From: a virus
Taxonomy: Duplodnaviria > Caudoviricetes
Reading direction: 5' to 3' (one strand)
IMG/VR virus record: IMGVR_UViG_3300044647_001141
Span: 1-54,235 of that record
DNA: 54,235 nt
Under the pieces are notes generated by a model that worked only from the letters and a program-made list of their open reading frames with translations, was not told the origin of the DNA and did no database searches. This document shows, piece by piece, positions 9,007 to 16,570 of this stretch (positions are counted from its first letter, which is position 1; each line of letters opens with the position of its first letter). The position numbers and the translations under genes were made by a program.

Positions 9007-9270
9007 TTATAGTTTTTCTATTTCTTGTTTAACTTCTCGCCAATATTTATCAGCTTCTTCTCGTTGTTCTTCGTAATAATACTCATGAGTTCCACCGCAA
9101 TCATCCCAATCAACATTGGATGGATTACGAGGTTCTGAGTTTATTATCTTATCCACTACTAACAATGCAATTTTTTTACTTGCTAAAATATCAAGATTGC
9201 CACACTCAACAGATGGGATAATATTATAAATCAATGTTACAATTTGTACAGCTTCTTCTTTCGGTGTCAT
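9007..9270 (-). CDS. Small phage protein, MTPKE...YWxxVKQEIEKL family
   Basis: Start moved to ATG 9270 (MTPKEEAV), which overlaps the paralog's stop (ATGA). Confidence 0.75.
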   Translation of the reverse strand: MTPKEEAVQIVTLIYNIIPSVECGNLDILASKKIALLVVDKIINSEPRNPSNVDWDDCGGTHEYYYEEQREEADKYWREVKQEIEKL

Positions 9271-9509
9271 AGTTTTTCTATTTCTTGTTTTACTTGAAAC
9301 CAATAATCCATAGTCGAACAAACATCTGTATTGAGAGGTTTACTGTGTGGGTTTGATGCTATTATGTAATTAACAGCTGTCATTGCGCAAGCTTTAGCGT
9401 ACTGGTTCCTGTGAACGGGTTCACTCTCCCCAGTTTGCGTATTAATTATCGTATAAGTCGAAAACCCCATAGCGTGATATAGTTCGTAAGCCTGTTCTTT
9501 CGGTGTCAT
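9267..9509 (-). CDS. Small phage protein, MTPKE...YWxxVKQEIEKL family
   Basis: 80 aa tandem paralog of 9007-9270 with identical terminal DNA blocks. Confidence 0.75.
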   Translation of the reverse strand: MTPKEQAYELYHAMGFSTYTIINTQTGESEPVHRNQYAKACAMTAVNYIIASNPHSKPLNTDVCSTMDYWFQVKQEIEKL

Positions 9510-9510
9510 G

Positions 9511-9786
9511 TTATTTAGTTATGAATAATTCATACACGCTATTCTTTGTCCTAAACTTCACATGCGCTTCACTCTGCTCGATGATTTGCGTGACGGTTGT
9601 GGTCAGCCATCTGTACCCTGCGCTGAATGGGCCAAGGATGCACGACCTGCCCACTGCGATACTATCATGGATAGTATTAGCCGAGTCATCCTCGTTCCAC
9701 TCTACCCATCCAACCTTGTCCGATTGCTTGGTCAAGCCGTCACTTTCTCTAACCAGTTTGTATGTCGTGCTTGCGGGATTATCCAT
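9511..9786 (-). CDS. Small beta-rich phage protein
   Basis: 91 aa (YKLVRESDGL..WLTTTVTQII..KFRTKNSVYEL), coupled to its neighbours. Confidence 0.65.
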   Translation of the reverse strand: MDNPASTTYKLVRESDGLTKQSDKVGWVEWNEDDSANTIHDSIAVGRSCILGPFSAGYRWLTTTVTQIIEQSEAHVKFRTKNSVYELFITK

Positions 9787-9946
9787 TGTATGTTTTATGA
9801 GTTTTATACACCAGGATCCATAAAATCAAAACGAGCGTAAATAGCGTGGACACGGGAAAGTAAAATGCGCCAGCAACGAGAATCGCTGTCAGGCTTAACG
9901 TTATGAGCAAAAGTGCGGAGGCATAAAGAGCCGATTTGGTATTCAT
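9779..9946 (-). CDS. Small hydrophobic membrane peptide (55 aa)
   Basis: Manual translation MNTKSALYASALLLITLSLTAILVAGAFYFPVSTLFTLVLILWILVYKTHKTYNG; A-rich leader; absent from the ORF track (<60 aa). Confidence 0.55.
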   Translation of the reverse strand: MNTKSALYASALLLITLSLTAILVAGAFYFPVSTLFTLVLILWILVYKTHKTYNG

Positions 9947-10008
9947 GTTATTTTGTTTTTTGGTTTAACTGAAATGTAATCTGATGGCATCCGGGAATGA
10001 CCAAGAGA

Positions 10009-11688
10009 TCATAAATTCTTTTGAGTATTCTCGTATTCTTCAATAGTCTTGAAGATGGCATATGGAATCTGAGGTACTACTGCATTCCCGTATGCCTTGA
10101 TGGATTCGTTTCGCCACTTTGACCAAGCGGAAACTGTCCTCCTCTCGACTTCCATAGCAACCAGTGCAATTTCATGTGACAAGTACGGCATAGTGTCTGC
10201 AAATTGTTCCTTGAATTGTTTTTCCAATTCTCGTCCTTGTGGTGTATTTGCAAATGTTCCGTACTCCCGCAGTTTTCGCAGTAGTGCCTCCGATGTTTCC
10301 TCGCTAAATGCAGATGTCCCTTTCTCGTCTGTATTGGAGGGCGAACATAACTGCAAGACTTTGAGCAGTATTGTCGGCTCATGTATCTTGTATAATCCTC
10401 CCAGATATTCCCGAATTTCCTCCGATTGAAGGATATCCCACACTTCCTGCAATTCTTGATCGGTGTATCTTTCAGTGATTGTGGCATATATTTCCGGCTT
10501 TATATGTCTAACCATCCAGTCGGAAACCCCATCATACTTTCCACAAATTGGGGATTGAGTTGGGAACTCTTCCCAGTCTGGGCGAATGCATCCGGAAGTG
10601 AATTTGTTTCCGTTCTGCCCGATGCTTCCAATGCCTCCGAAGATCTCGCCCCCTTGTAATCTCTCGTTGCCGGTGTCGGCAGCATCCCCATTGCCATTGC
10701 TCTGCTCAATGTCACCGAATGCATTGAACCTTCCTTGACTTGACTGCTCTTCATCTTCGCAGTCGCATTCGTTGAATCCATTGCGGTCGGAGTCGGCAGC
10801 ATTTGTAACCTTGCCATTTGCTTCAATGGCATTTGTAAATTCACCCCCTTCTCTGCCCATTTCTCCTTGTCTATCTCCCATTTTTCGGGTGTCCTGGCTG
10901 AGTTCCAATCGAAGGCGTTCGGGGTCGGGAGCAATCCCATTGTTGCATAATCGTTCAGACCAAATGTCCATCCTTGTGATATTTTCCGTTTCGTTCTGCC
11001 ATCCTCCATTTTGCTGCCATACTTCTCGTCCCTTGTTTGTGGTGTCGGCAGCATCCCCATACTTGCCATCCGACCTATGTTGAGAGAATGACTGCTCTTC
11101 CCATCCGTTGTCTTCCGTCTTCCGTTCTCGTTCATCTCGCAATCCGATTCCGGTTCCTGGGTTGTTGGTGTGGGCAACAAACCAAACTCTGTCTCTGCGG
11201 TGGACAGAGCCGACACCTGCAGCTGGAAGTACATACGATTGTACTTCGTACCCTTCAGCTTCCAGGTCAGCTTGCACCTCGTGGAATACCAGTCCTCCCG
11301 ACCAATTAATAAGGCCGAAAACGTTCTCTCCCACGACCCATGTTGGCTGAACTTCCCGAATGACTCTAAGCATTTCCGGCCAGAGATGTCGAGAGTCTTC
11401 CTTGCCGAGTCTTTTTCCGGCTGCGGAGTAGGGTTGGCAGGGAAATCCACCGGTGAGAATAATGTCATCTGTTCTCCAATTGTCCCCAAATCTTTTTGAG
11501 AGTTCATAGTTTAATTTTTCGTAGGTGAGTGTATGTATGTCATCATGGTGGTACGCATCAGGCCAATGATACTGCAAGACATTATTTCCAAATGGATTTA
11601 TTTCGCACGAGGCAATGTTTGTCCAACCCATCCATTCGGATGCCAGATCAAACCCTCCGATTCCACTAAATAGACTTATGTGAAGCAT
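10009..11688 (-). CDS. DNA (cytosine-5) methyltransferase, alpha-type polypeptide (motifs I-VIII and X, no in-frame IX)
   Basis: FSGIGG (I), CEIN (II), DDI (III), GGFPCQPYS (IV), ENVFG (VI), HRRDRVWFVA (VIII), IKAYGNAVVPQ (X). ATG at 11688. Confidence 0.9.
   Translation of the reverse strand: MLHISLFSGIGGFDLASEWMGWTNIASCEINPFGNNVLQYHWPDAYHHDDIHTLTYEKLNYELSKRFGDNWRTDDIILTGGFPCQPYSAAGKRLGKEDSRHLWPEMLRVIREVQPTWVVGENVFGLINWSGGLVFHEVQADLEAEGYEVQSYVLPAAGVGSVHRRDRVWFVAHTNNPGTGIGLRDERERKTEDNGWEEQSFSQHRSDGKYGDAADTTNKGREVWQQNGGWQNETENITRMDIWSERLCNNGIAPDPERLRLELSQDTRKMGDRQGEMGREGGEFTNAIEANGKVTNAADSDRNGFNECDCEDEEQSSQGRFNAFGDIEQSNGNGDAADTGNERLQGGEIFGGIGSIGQNGNKFTSGCIRPDWEEFPTQSPICGKYDGVSDWMVRHIKPEIYATITERYTDQELQEVWDILQSEEIREYLGGLYKIHEPTILLKVLQLCSPSNTDEKGTSAFSEETSEALLRKLREYGTFANTPQGRELEKQFKEQFADTMPYLSHEIALVAMEVERRTVSAWSKWRNESIKAYGNAVVPQIPYAIFKTIEEYENTQKNL
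10077..10487 (-). CDS. HNH endonuclease overprinted inside the methyltransferase gene
   Basis: CRKC..YCSKSC N-terminal part, then CENCGSTEHLQIHHKDENWKNNSRNNLQTLCRTCHMKLH (Zn-bound HNH); same strand as the MTase, different frame. Confidence 0.8.
   Translation of the reverse strand: MPQSLKDTPIKNCRKCGISFNRRKFGNIWEDYTRYMSRQYCSKSCSYVRPPIQTRKGHLHLARKHRRHYCENCGSTEHLQIHHKDENWKNNSRNNLQTLCRTCHMKLHWLLWKSRGGQFPLGQSGETNPSRHTGMQ
10500..11507 (-). CDS. Methyltransferase beta-type subunit (motif IX plus five LPTP repeats) in an alternative frame of the MTase
   Basis: Ends LNPQFVESMMGFPTGW, which is motif IX-like; five (L/M)LPTP modules; layout as in M.EcoHK31I alpha/beta. Exact start uncertain. Confidence 0.75.
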   Translation of the reverse strand: MNSQKDLGTIGEQMTLFSPVDFPANPTPQPEKDSARKTLDISGRKCLESFGKFSQHGSWERTFSALLIGREDWYSTRCKLTWKLKGTKYNRMYFQLQVSALSTAETEFGLLPTPTTQEPESDCEMNENGRRKTTDGKSSHSLNIGRMASMGMLPTPQTRDEKYGSKMEDGRTKRKISQGWTFGLNDYATMGLLPTPNAFDWNSARTPEKWEIDKEKWAEKGVNLQMPLKQMARLQMLPTPTAMDSTNATAKMKSSQVKEGSMHSVTLSRAMAMGMLPTPATRDYKGARSSEALEASGRTETNSLPDAFAQTGKSSQLNPQFVESMMGFPTGWLDI

Positions 11689-12034
11689 CTTCTTTACTTT
11701 TTTCAACTGTTATGTCATCGCCGGCAATGATGCAATCGATGATCGTCTCGACTACCTCTCGCTCTTTCGGACTCAGCTTGGCGATCTTCTCCTGTATCGC
11801 CAGTGTGGTGAAGACATCCGACTCCCATTCTGCCCGTATGCCGTCTCGTATCACCTGGGGGAAAAGGGGGTATGTAATGATGTCGCCATAAATCCATTCC
11901 AATTTTGCGCAGTACTGCTTCATCAACCTTGCGCCAATGGTTCCCGGGTTCTCTCGTTGGAAAGAACCAAAATGCTCATACGCCTGTCTGACGGAATGGA
12001 TGGCGTTTACCAGATCTGATGCTCCTGATTTCAC
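11666..12034 (-). CDS. Hypothetical protein
   Basis: 122 aa, coupled to the initiator gene (ATGA) and overlapping the MTase start. Confidence 0.7.
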   Translation of the reverse strand: MKSGASDLVNAIHSVRQAYEHFGSFQRENPGTIGARLMKQYCAKLEWIYGDIITYPLFPQVIRDGIRAEWESDVFTTLAIQEKIAKLSPKEREVVETIIDCIIAGDDITVEKSKEDASHKSI

Positions 12035-12684
12035 ATTACGAATTTTCGTTCTTCAATTTTTGGCACAACCTTGAGGCTGCCCGGTCGGGTTCCCTGGCGG
12101 ATGTTCGGGAACCAATACCCCTTTGCATACGCCTTCCAGTCCATGATCTTTCTGCCGTTCTTGTCCACCCATCCGATGGCGGAATTCTTGTTGTAGAATA
12201 GTTCCGCCTGCTTGAGATCCTTGCCGTTTTCAAGGAAGTATGCCTTTACTTCTTCTTCCTCAGGCGCTAAAAAATTGTCTTTGCCTGTGTGTGTGTGTTC
12301 TGTATTTGTATTATGTATTACTGTATTAGTGTATTCTGTATTTGAAATGGAGGTTTTCCGCTGCGGATTATCCGTTGCGGATTTACCGCTGCGGATTATC
12401 CGTTGCGGAAAATCGCTATCGGTTAAGGGGGTAGGGTAGGCCCTAATGGAATATTCGAAAGTTCCGGCTGCGGTTTTATGGCAAATACATTCAGCGTAAC
12501 CCTTCTTTTCAAGTTCACTAAAGGCGGATGTAACGGCGGAATACCCGTCTTTGCAGTAGGACGTTAAGTCCTTTTTCCGGATGACGGTATGATCTTGGAG
12601 TAGAAGCATAATCTGAAGCAAGGACTTGGCCTTTAGGCTGATCCTGTTGTCAAAGGCGATATTCTTCAGAATGGTGATGTCCAT
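12031..12684 (-). CDS. Phage replication initiator (N-terminal HTH, internal origin)
   Basis: DNRISLKAKSLLQIML..KDGYSAVTSAFSELEKKGY N-terminus; C-terminal P.EEEVKAYF..AELFY..GWVDKNGRKIMDWKA; iterons in the linker. Start 12684, alternatively 12714. Confidence 0.75.
   Translation of the reverse strand: MDITILKNIAFDNRISLKAKSLLQIMLLLQDHTVIRKKDLTSYCKDGYSAVTSAFSELEKKGYAECICHKTAAGTFEYSIRAYPTPLTDSDFPQRIIRSGKSATDNPQRKTSISNTEYTNTVIHNTNTEHTHTGKDNFLAPEEEEVKAYFLENGKDLKQAELFYNKNSAIGWVDKNGRKIMDWKAYAKGYWFPNIRQGTRPGSLKVVPKIEERKFVM
12301..12413. repeat. Putative replication origin: four 14-bp iterons plus AT-rich TGTATT-repeat tract
   Basis: CCG(C/T)TGCGG-cored 14-bp units at 12358, 12372, 12386 and 12400, next to six TGTATT copies at 12301-12343, inside the initiator gene as in lambda O. 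Confidence 0.75.
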
Positions 12685-12721
12685 CTTGGGACTTCTTTGG
12701 TCGCTTCCAAGCATTGGAAAT

Positions 12722-12805
12722 AAAAACCCCGTTAGGACTTCAGGGCCGACACCCATCCGCCCAAACGGGGCCAAAATCAGTTCAGATACCGTGTCGGCGG
12801 TTCTA
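12722..12805 (-). promoter_or_regulatory. Structured leader/attenuator upstream of the initiator gene
   Basis: Minus-strand hairpin CCCCGUUUGG...CCUAACGGGG-UUUUU; loop segment GUGUCGGC is complementary to upstream GCCGACAC. Confidence 0.45.
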
Positions 12806-12810
12806 CAACA

Positions 12811-12855
12811 CAAACATACGTATAAAAAGCGTAAATTTGACAAAATTTAATTTTG
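12811..12855. promoter_or_regulatory. Divergent Bacteroidota-type promoters with central operator
   Basis: TAnnTTTG on - strand (TATGTTTG, 12811-12818) and + strand (TAATTTTG, 12848-12855); TACGT-N7-GCGTA at 12817-12833. Confidence 0.6.
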
Positions 12856-12857
12856 CC

Positions 12858-15332
12858 GTGAGTTACCAAGCGCCTTTGAGCCAAACCCTGTACGAGTTCC
12901 ATACCTCGACTCCGTCCAAGAAGTCGGACCCTGAGTTCGGGCGGACCGTTGCAAGGCAGATGGTCAACACGATCCGCGATGGCCTCAATGGCTACTACGT
13001 AAAGCGCAACCGGCGATTCGCCGACCTGAGGAAGATCGCCCAGGGGCGACATGACATGCGGGAGTTCCTTGACCTGATGGGCATAGACGGCAAGAACGCA
13101 TACGTAAAGCTCGACATGACACCGCCGGCCATCCTGCCCAAATTCCTCGACATCGTCGTAGAGCGGTTCATGGAACTGGAGGAGCGCCCAACGGTCACGG
13201 CCGTCGATGACAACTCCAAGCAGCAGCGGCAAAAGGAGATCAATGAGGCTGAATTCGCTATGAACATGGGCGGCGTCATTGCGGGACTGGAGCAACAGGC
13301 AGGCATCCCGCTGGTGGACCCCAACAAGTACATCCCTGAGAACTACGATGACCTGACGCTATACTTCGAGACGGAACACAAGCTTCCAGAGGAGGTAAAA
13401 TTCCAAAAACGCATACTCGACGCCCTTGATGACGGAGGCTATGAGGTCTTCAAGCGTTCGATGCTCTACGACCTGGTTGAGGTCGGCATGGCATGGGCGT
13501 TCGTCTACAAGGACGAGAACGGAGCAAAGAAATACCGCCGTTGCATACCGGAGAACACCATCTACTCGTGGAGCAACTACGACGACTTCAGGGATTCCAC
13601 GGTCATTGGAGAACTGGAAAAGATGAAGGTCTCCGACATCCGGGCCAGGTTCCCCAAGATCAACGAGCGAACCCTGTTCGACATGTTCAAGCGCACCGAT
13701 CAGGGTGGCAAGGCCGAACTTTCCTGGGCGGAGGAGTTCCGGGTGATGCTGATCCGGCCCTATGATGACTGCGTGGTGGAGCTTTTCCACTTCCAGATCG
13801 TCACCACCGAGGAGCGCATGTGGGTGGAGAAGCGCGACAGCTACGGAAAGAGCGTGCTGAACGAGAAGAAGGAAAGGCCAAAATACCTGGGCGACAACAA
13901 GACACTCATCGAAAAGCGCCTGAAGGTCGTGTACACCGGCTGCTATTCTCGCACCACGGACGAGATGCTTGAGTGGCGTGTCATGGAGAACATGATCAAG
14001 CCGCATTACGCCATGCACGAGGCGTTCACCAACTATGTCGGATTCATGCCCAACAACCGGGACATGGTCAACATCTCGCTCACCGAGCGGTCCATTACGG
14101 CGATAAGGATGCTCTCGCTCATCCAGCTTAAAAAGCAGCAACTCATCGCCAAGATGCGCCCCGACGGATTGCTGGTCAACACACGGGCCTTGCAGGGCGT
14201 ACACTTGGGCATGGGTCAGGATGCGGAGTCTCCGCTTGAACTTCAGGCCATGTACGACCAGACGGGCATCCAGTACTACACCGACCTCGACGAGGATGGA
14301 GAGACCCGTAACGGCGCACCCATCCAACCCATCGAGAGCAATGGCAACGCCCAAAGCCTCATGGCGCTCGACCGGGAATACAACTTCTGGATCGATAAGC
14401 TGCGCAGCGACCTCGGCACCAACGAATACGTAGAGGGTCAGTCCGTCAATCCAAAGCTCGGACTGGGCGTCATGAACAACCAGATCAGCGCCTCCAACCG
14501 GGCCACCAACTTCGTGTACCGTGGATTTCTGAGCATCCTTGAGGGCATCGCCAAGCGCATCGCCATCATGGACTGGTACGACATCGTCGAGACGGGTTCC
14601 AGGGAATACGGCATCACGCCTGATGAGATGGAGGGAAAAATCTTCGACATCAAGATTGACATGGCGCCCACCGATACCGACCGAATGTACATCGAGCAGA
14701 TGGCACAGACCGCGCTATCCGCCGGTCTGATCACTTTTGAGGAGGCTGTAAAGGTCAGGCGCATCGCAAAGGAGAACGTCAAACTGGCTGAGATATACCT
14801 TGGCAAGTACGAGGCCAAGCGCAAGCGGGAGCAGCAGGAGTCCGCACAGCAGAACTCAATGGTGCAGGCACAGATACAGGACCAGGTCGCAAAGAACAAG
14901 GCGCAAAGCGACGCCCTGCTGCTTCAGGGTAAAGGTCAATTCGACCTCAAAAAGCAGCAGATGCTCAATGAGGCCGCCAAGACACAGGTCATGGGTCAGG
15001 TGGTCAACACCATCCTCTCTGAGTGGATGAAGATGGGCAAATCGGTTTCCGAGATGCCGCAGGAATTCCAGTCGATGGTATCCGCCTTCATGCAGAACAT
15101 GGTAGGCTCGCAGCAACTGCAGGCGGCACGCAACGAGCAGGAGGCCGGTGAGATGCAGCAGGAGATGATGGAATCGCAACAGGAGGCAATGATGCAGCAG
15201 CAGGAAGGTCAGCCGGATATGGAAGAAGGCATGCAGTCGCCAGAAGGGCAGCAACCCGAAATGGAATCGGAGATGGAGATGCCGGAGTCAGAGGGTCCGC
15301 AAGAAGGGCAGGAGGCAGAGACCGAGGATTAA
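12858..15332 (+). CDS. Portal protein (crAss-like)
   Basis: LDMTPPAILPKFLDIVV, YSWSNYDDFRD and YDQTGIQYY motifs; acidic Q/E-rich tail; GTG start just after the promoter element; first gene of the head module. Confidence 0.88.
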   Translation: MSYQAPLSQTLYEFHTSTPSKKSDPEFGRTVARQMVNTIRDGLNGYYVKRNRRFADLRKIAQGRHDMREFLDLMGIDGKNAYVKLDMTPPAILPKFLDIVVERFMELEERPTVTAVDDNSKQQRQKEINEAEFAMNMGGVIAGLEQQAGIPLVDPNKYIPENYDDLTLYFETEHKLPEEVKFQKRILDALDDGGYEVFKRSMLYDLVEVGMAWAFVYKDENGAKKYRRCIPENTIYSWSNYDDFRDSTVIGELEKMKVSDIRARFPKINERTLFDMFKRTDQGGKAELSWAEEFRVMLIRPYDDCVVELFHFQIVTTEERMWVEKRDSYGKSVLNEKKERPKYLGDNKTLIEKRLKVVYTGCYSRTTDEMLEWRVMENMIKPHYAMHEAFTNYVGFMPNNRDMVNISLTERSITAIRMLSLIQLKKQQLIAKMRPDGLLVNTRALQGVHLGMGQDAESPLELQAMYDQTGIQYYTDLDEDGETRNGAPIQPIESNGNAQSLMALDREYNFWIDKLRSDLGTNEYVEGQSVNPKLGLGVMNNQISASNRATNFVYRGFLSILEGIAKRIAIMDWYDIVETGSREYGITPDEMEGKIFDIKIDMAPTDTDRMYIEQMAQTALSAGLITFEEAVKVRRIAKENVKLAEIYLGKYEAKRKREQQESAQQNSMVQAQIQDQVAKNKAQSDALLLQGKGQFDLKKQQMLNEAAKTQVMGQVVNTILSEWMKMGKSVSEMPQEFQSMVSAFMQNMVGSQQLQAARNEQEAGEMQQEMMESQQEAMMQQQEGQPDMEEGMQSPEGQQPEMESEMEMPESEGPQEGQEAETED

Positions 15333-15362
15333 ACCAAATATTTTACGCATAACTTTGTAAAA

Positions 15363-15379
15363 TACGCTATATTTGCGTA
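15363..15379 (+). promoter_or_regulatory. Promoter/operator TACGCTATATTTGCGTA
   Basis: TAnnTTTG embedded in a TACGC-N7-GCGTA palindrome 13 nt before the ATG. Confidence 0.7.
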
Positions 15380-15392
15380 GGAAATCCTTAGT

Positions 15393-16508
15393 ATGGCGGA
15401 AGAAGTAAGAAACGAACAAGGCGAATTATTGCTCCCACAGAGTCAATATGACGCATTGGAGCCGGTGAACGGAGCGGTGTATGTGGAGGACAGCCTGTAT
15501 GAGCAGGCAAAGGCCGCAGCGCCGCTGGCAACCGACGAGCAGAAGCCGGATGCACAGACTCCGGATCCTGCCGCACAGCAGCAGACCGATAGCCAGGCAC
15601 CGCAGATTGACTACGATGCCATACTGAAGGAGAAGACGCAGAACAAGTTCGAGAAATGGGATGACCTGCTTGCCCAGCTCGACAGGAAGCCTGAGATAGA
15701 ACTCAGCGAGAACAGCAGGAAGTTATTTGAAGCCATCAAAGAGGGTAAGGAGGACGAACTCGCCGACATACTGTACCAGCGAAAGCTGCTCAGTGGCGTG
15801 GAGTCCATGAGTGCGGAGGATGTGATCAAGCTCAAGATGCAGATCGACAACCCCGACTACACCGAGGAGGACATCAACGACGAGTACGAGCAGAAGTTCG
15901 GTGTCGGCGTGAGCAAGGATGATGTCGAGGAGTCCGAGTATGCCAAGTGGGAGAGACGTGCGCAGCGAAAGCTTACCGCGGAATCCAAGACCGCCAAGGA
16001 GTTCCTCTCCCGATTGAAGGACAGCATCGCGCTTCCGGATTTTGCGGCAAGTACTACGGCGCAGCCGAACCCGGAGGCGGAAAATTTTGTGAACCAATTG
16101 AGCAGTTTCGGAGATCAGTTCAACGAATCGCTCAGTGAAAATATTCGTTCTTTATCAAAGCTCGACTTAGGGATCAGCGACAAGGATGTTCAGTTCCCTC
16201 ACGAGTACACGATACAGGACGCAGAAAAAGCGGAATTGAGCAACAAGGCCAGCAACTACTGGTCTTACATTCAAAGTCGATACACCAAGGACGGAAAGTA
16301 CGACACCCAAAAATTGCTCAAGGACATCTACCTGGTCGAGAACTTCGACAAGGTCATGAAGTCCGCCGTGACTAGGGCCATGAACCAGGCCAAGGTTGAA
16401 CTTGTCAAGGGTGTCGCTAACGTCCAAGATACACGTATCGCAAACCCTGCCGGCAACTTCGCGGAAGACCAGTCCAAAAGAGACTACGAGAACTTCCTCC
16501 TTGGTTAA
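15393..16508 (+). CDS. Acidic head protein, putative scaffold/cargo
   Basis: 371 aa acidic and helical, between portal and MCP as in crAss-like head modules. Confidence 0.7.
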   Translation: MAEEVRNEQGELLLPQSQYDALEPVNGAVYVEDSLYEQAKAAAPLATDEQKPDAQTPDPAAQQQTDSQAPQIDYDAILKEKTQNKFEKWDDLLAQLDRKPEIELSENSRKLFEAIKEGKEDELADILYQRKLLSGVESMSAEDVIKLKMQIDNPDYTEEDINDEYEQKFGVGVSKDDVEESEYAKWERRAQRKLTAESKTAKEFLSRLKDSIALPDFAASTTAQPNPEAENFVNQLSSFGDQFNESLSENIRSLSKLDLGISDKDVQFPHEYTIQDAEKAELSNKASNYWSYIQSRYTKDGKYDTQKLLKDIYLVENFDKVMKSAVTRAMNQAKVELVKGVANVQDTRIANPAGNFAEDQSKRDYENFLLG

Positions 16509-16558
16509 GGTGAAATGGCGGTGGCGAACCCACACGTAACCATTTTAAGAACCTTAAC
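16504..16558 (+). promoter_or_regulatory. Long imperfect stem-loop in the major capsid leader
   Basis: Nested pairs GTTAAGGT/ACCTTAAC, AAATGG/CCATTT and GTGG/CCAC. Confidence 0.5.
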
Positions 16559-16570
16559 AATTTTACTCAT

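Noticed and set aside
10077-10487. Group I intron or intein carrying the HNH
   Set aside because: The host frame stays open, there are no intein terminal residues and I could not recognise an intron core; not formally excluded without RT-PCR.
12358-12413. Short regular repeats as a CRISPR array (also the attP repeats)
   Set aside because: No unique spacers, units too short and no cas operon; the nuclease at 5716 is a stand-alone PD-(D/E)xK enzyme.
12714-12857. ORF-track N-terminal extensions of the portal (12714) and initiator (12843)
   Set aside because: They overlap head-to-head across the divergent promoter and leader; starts at 12858 and 12684 fit better.
13359-14354. Long antisense ORFs (e.g. 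13359-14354, 5019-5702, 52309-53094)
   Set aside because: Shadows of GC3-biased sense genes with no motifs, unlike the nested MTase ORFs.
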